Of a DNA stretch of 64,000 nt, positions 60,996 to 64,000 are shown one piece after another. The notes under the pieces are model-generated. The model saw only the letters and a list, made by a program, of their open reading frames with translations, was not told where the DNA came from and made no database searches. The DNA comes from Gemmatimonadaceae bacterium. Lineage in GTDB: Bacteria; Gemmatimonadota; Gemmatimonadetes; Gemmatimonadales; Gemmatimonadaceae. A program made the translations under genes and the position numbers. How positions within the stretch are numbered: position 1 is the stretch's first letter; each line of letters begins with the position of its first letter. Where the stretch lies: positions 384,001-448,000 of the forward strand of contig JBHYGA010000005.1 of assembly GCA_051859245.1 (NCBI GenBank), given 5' to 3'.

Positions 60996-61016
60996 GGGTG
61001 TCTAGTTTAATTGACA
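60973..61016. promoter_or_regulatory. Tandem PpsR/CrtJ boxes upstream of bchG
   Basis: Two perfect TGT-N12-ACA sites (60973-60990 and 60999-61016), 8 bp apart. Confidence 0.9.
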
Positions 61017-61087
61017 GTCCCGTTTTGCGCGAGTGTTTTTTTTCGATTTTTCGTGATTTTTGGGCAAACGGGGTGAGGCGGCGCGAG

Positions 61088-62518
61088 TTAGTCGGCCGCC
61101 TCCCCATCTCGTTCGGCCAGCGGAGCCGCCAGGCGATGCCGGCGAAGCTTCACGTAGAGGCTCTGGCGGCTCACGCCGAGCACTTCGGCGGCCGAGGTCC
61201 GGTTGTCATTCGTGAGCTCCAGAGCGGCTTCTATAAAGTGCCGTTCCACGAGGTCGATGGTATCCCGGACGAGATCGCGCAGCGTAACGCGACCCACCAG
61301 CGAGGTGAGGTCTTCCACCGCGCGGGTCAGGTCACGGGCCCCCTGCGGTCCGTTGGCCAGACGTCGACCGATGTCGCGCATGGTAAAGCCAATGCACGGC
61401 TCCTCGGCGTCGGGCACCCACACCGCCGACACCTCGACCTCGGTGTTCGCCCCGTGAGACCCACGAGCCGCCGTGGCCACCAGTCGAACTGCCCCATGTT
61501 TTTTGAGCATGGTGAGGAAGACTGGGAAGTCCGCCCCGGGGCGTCCGATGAAGGTGGAGATCAGCTCACCGCGCGCCTGCTCCAGCGAGGCCAGTTCGGC
61601 CACGTCGAGGAAGGACCGGTTGGCCTCCAGAATGTGGCCGTCCAGATCGGTGACCACAAACGCGTCGGGCGAACGCTCGATCAGTCCGCGAATGCGTGAC
61701 TGGGCGCCAGTCTCCAACAGCGTCGCTTCGGGGTTGTCCGCCGCGGAGAAGCGCACGAGCAACAACGTGGCCGATTCCTGACGGAAGCACGAGGCGGACA
61801 CATGCCACGGACGGTCCGAGTCGATCAACGAAATGGTGACGTCGCCGGCGCGGCCTGAGCCACGGGCGGACGTGACCAGGTCTTCGAGCGCCCGCGCAGC
61901 TTTCACATCCACACCGAACGGAAACGTGCGTCCGACCAGTCGGTCGCTCACATCGCCAAACACCTGTCCGGCGGCCGTGTTCGCGTCCAGCACCTTCATG
62001 GTACCGGAATCGATGACCAGAATGCCGTCGCTGGCCAGCTGGAAGAGCAGGCGATACCGCGTTTCCACATGGCGCAGGCGCCAGTAGTCGCGCTCCATGG
62101 CCTGCTGCGCTTCAACGAGCCGCTGCTGCAATGATGACAGGTGTCGCATGTCGCGACCCACCGCCACCACGCTGCCATCACGGCCCACACGCATCGCGGT
62201 GTACGCGATCGGCAGGTCGGCGCCCGTGGAAGTGGTATGGTTGACCTGCCGGCGCTTGGAGACGCCTTTGGTGGCGACCTCGCGCAGCAGCGTCTCGATC
62301 TTTAGCCGGGTATCCGAGGTGGCCGTGTCGGGCCACGGACGTCCCACCCACGAGCGGTGCAGATCGACCGCCACATCGGACGGACCGACGGAGACGTCGC
62401 GCACGACGCCATTGGGGTCGACGAGTACGGCAATATCGCCCGCCGCAGCGAGCAGGCTCGCCGCCGCATTGGCGTCGAGCATCGAATAGGCAGGATCACT
62501 GGCGTCGAACAGTTTCAC
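61088..62518 (-). CDS. ppsR: Photosynthesis repressor PpsR
   Basis: PAS domains, QQRLVEAQQAMERDYW Q-linker, Fis-type HTH NRTSAAEVLGVSRQSLYVKL. Confidence 0.95.
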   Translation of the reverse strand: MKLFDASDPAYSMLDANAAASLLAAAGDIAVLVDPNGVVRDVSVGPSDVAVDLHRSWVGRPWPDTATSDTRLKIETLLREVATKGVSKRRQVNHTTSTGADLPIAYTAMRVGRDGSVVAVGRDMRHLSSLQQRLVEAQQAMERDYWRLRHVETRYRLLFQLASDGILVIDSGTMKVLDANTAAGQVFGDVSDRLVGRTFPFGVDVKAARALEDLVTSARGSGRAGDVTISLIDSDRPWHVSASCFRQESATLLLVRFSAADNPEATLLETGAQSRIRGLIERSPDAFVVTDLDGHILEANRSFLDVAELASLEQARGELISTFIGRPGADFPVFLTMLKKHGAVRLVATAARGSHGANTEVEVSAVWVPDAEEPCIGFTMRDIGRRLANGPQGARDLTRAVEDLTSLVGRVTLRDLVRDTIDLVERHFIEAALELTNDNRTSAAEVLGVSRQSLYVKLRRHRLAAPLAERDGEAAD

Positions 62519-63458
62519 GCGCGGGGCCGTCGTCTACAAAGGAGGCGCTACTGGGGATACTACTGTCTAATGAAGACGACACTAAAGCGCCAGCGTCTAG
62601 CATTTTGCGGATTACGACAGGGGCTTCTTTGGCGTTCGGGGCCCACGCGTCTGCACCAACGCGAGTTACCAGTTCATGTTCGAGCGAGAACACCTGACCA
62701 CCCACGAGAATCCGAACGTCAGGATTCCGCGAGGCCTTCCGGATGCGCGCGATCTCGCGCTTGAGCGTGGACAGCTTGCTGTCGCACCCTGCCGAGAATC
62801 CGATCACATCGAACCACTCGGTGCGCACCTGATCGAGCAGGTCTTCTTCGGACCACGGCGAGCCCACCAGGACCCGGAAGCCGTCGCGCATGAGGAATTC
62901 GGCGACCAGAATCAGGCCCAGCGTGTGCTGTTCACCGGGCAGACAGGTGAGCAGGACGTGCCCCTCGCTGTCGGGCATCGTGACCGCCTCAGACTGAAAG
63001 AGCTGACTCAGATCGCGCAGGACGCGCTGCAGTCGGCCCAGGGCCACGGTCACATCCACGAAGCTGCATTCGTCGTCTTCCCAGCGAATGCCCAGTTCAC
63101 GGGCGGTCGGGGCCAGCAGGTCGAGATAGATCCCCTCCACGCCGACGCCTTGATCGAGCAGCCGTCGCACAAACGCCGGCGCGGCACCGTCGTCCGTTCC
63201 CACAACGCTGTCAATGAATGCCGTGAGCTCGTCGTCTGTCACTTGGCGAGCAGTCGCGGGCGATGCGCTCGGCGGGACCGAGCCAATACGGTGGGCCATC
63301 AACAACCTCGGCACGAGTTCAGTCTCGATGGTGCGCTGCAGGGCGCGATCGAGCACGTGGGCTGAGTGGAGCTCCGTCGCCTGCGCGGGCGACGGCTGGG
63401 CGGGGTCACGGCGCGGTCCGACTTCCGGCGTCTGCGGGACGCTTGAATGACCGATCAT
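62496..63458 (-). CDS. ppaA: Cobalamin-binding antirepressor PpaA/AerR
   Basis: YLDLLAP.AR.LG..WEDD...F.DVT, GEQHTLG; upstream of ppsR. Confidence 0.9.
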   Translation of the reverse strand: MIGHSSVPQTPEVGPRRDPAQPSPAQATELHSAHVLDRALQRTIETELVPRLLMAHRIGSVPPSASPATARQVTDDELTAFIDSVVGTDDGAAPAFVRRLLDQGVGVEGIYLDLLAPTARELGIRWEDDECSFVDVTVALGRLQRVLRDLSQLFQSEAVTMPDSEGHVLLTCLPGEQHTLGLILVAEFLMRDGFRVLVGSPWSEEDLLDQVRTEWFDVIGFSAGCDSKLSTLKREIARIRKASRNPDVRILVGGQVFSLEHELVTRVGADAWAPNAKEAPVVIRKMLDAGALVSSSLDSSIPSSASFVDDGPARETVRRQ

Positions 63459-63538
63459 CGGACAGTGCCTCCGGCTGAAAAGAGCTCAACGCGCTACATC
63501 TGATATGATTGCGTGATCAGTATGCGAACGTCGGCGGG

Positions 63539-63599
63539 AGTTGTCAAGCAAACTTGACGTAAACTTTGCTTGACAACTTGGGTCCCCGCTTCTTATCAT
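63539..63599 (+). promoter_or_regulatory. bchF promoter with overlapping PpsR-like boxes
   Basis: TGT-N12-ACG (63542-63559) and CGT-N12-ACA (63558-63575); TTGACA-N18-TATCAT. Confidence 0.75.
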
Positions 63600-63638
63600 C
63601 TGGCTGCCTGGGTAGCGAACCCCCGGAAGAGGCGGCAG

Positions 63639-64000
63639 ATGACAGTTGTAGAGACTCCACCAGCGTCACATCCCAGCCGGGATGGCGCTTCGGCGGCGCG
63701 TCGGCAGTCCACGCGCACGCCATTATATACGCCCGAGCAGAAGCTCCGGCGTGACAACACGCGCTGGACGCTGGTGCAGGGCATTCTCGCCCCGCTGCAG
63801 CTGCTGGCCATGTTGGTGTCCGTGGTGCTCGTACTTCGGTACCTGAGCAGCGGCGAGGGTCTGTTCGCGGCCAATGTGTCGGTCGTGGTCAAGACCATCT
63901 TCCTCTATGTGATCATGTGGACCGGCGCGATCTGGGAAAAGGTCGTGTTTGGCCAGTATCTCTTCCACGAAAAGTTTTTCTGGGAAGACGTGGTCAGCAT
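63639..64000 (+). CDS. bchF: 2-vinyl bacteriochlorophyllide hydratase (partial, runs off the window)
   Basis: Manual translation: LYTPEQKLRRDNTRWTLVQGILAPLQ...TGAIWEKVVFGQYLF..FFWEDVVS. Confidence 0.95.
   Translation, partial: MTVVETPPASHPSRDGASAARRQSTRTPLYTPEQKLRRDNTRWTLVQGILAPLQLLAMLVSVVLVLRYLSSGEGLFAANVSVVVKTIFLYVIMWTGAIWEKVVFGQYLFHEKFFWEDVVS

Noticed and set aside
1..64000. tRNA, rRNA, IS transposase or prophage genes
   Set aside because: None recognised by eye.

Overview
GC-rich bacterial chromosome segment, most consistent with a phototrophic Gemmatimonadota (Gemmatimonas-like). This is an inference from gene content, not from a marker gene. From left to right it carries: a GMC/glycoside-oxidation operon; an ECF sigma/anti-sigma pair; a GH20-CutC-MFS locus; secreted peptidases and beta-propeller proteins; a tal-pyk-pgi-fba central-metabolism cluster; SRP RNA-dnaX-ybaB-recR; mglBA, pgsA, cinA and grpE-dnaJ; an AT-richer island with a lipoprotein ending in a JAB/MPN-like domain followed by one intact and one decayed partner gene; a decayed BrnT/BrnA toxin-antitoxin module; tyrA-mnmA-iscS; kynBA and bshB1; and hemG-hemF-hemE-hemA joined to the start of an anoxygenic photosynthesis gene cluster (bchP, pucC, bchG, ppsR, ppaA, partial bchF) with clear PpsR boxes. 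The most unusual signal is a family of long intergenic inverted repeats built from 8-9 nt periodic units. Two copies sit beside GxxExxY (PD-(D/E)XK-like) nuclease genes and one is an orphan, rearranged copy 20 kb away. Together they suggest a REP/REPIN-like repeat system whose partner enzyme is a GxxExxY nuclease rather than a RAYT transposase.
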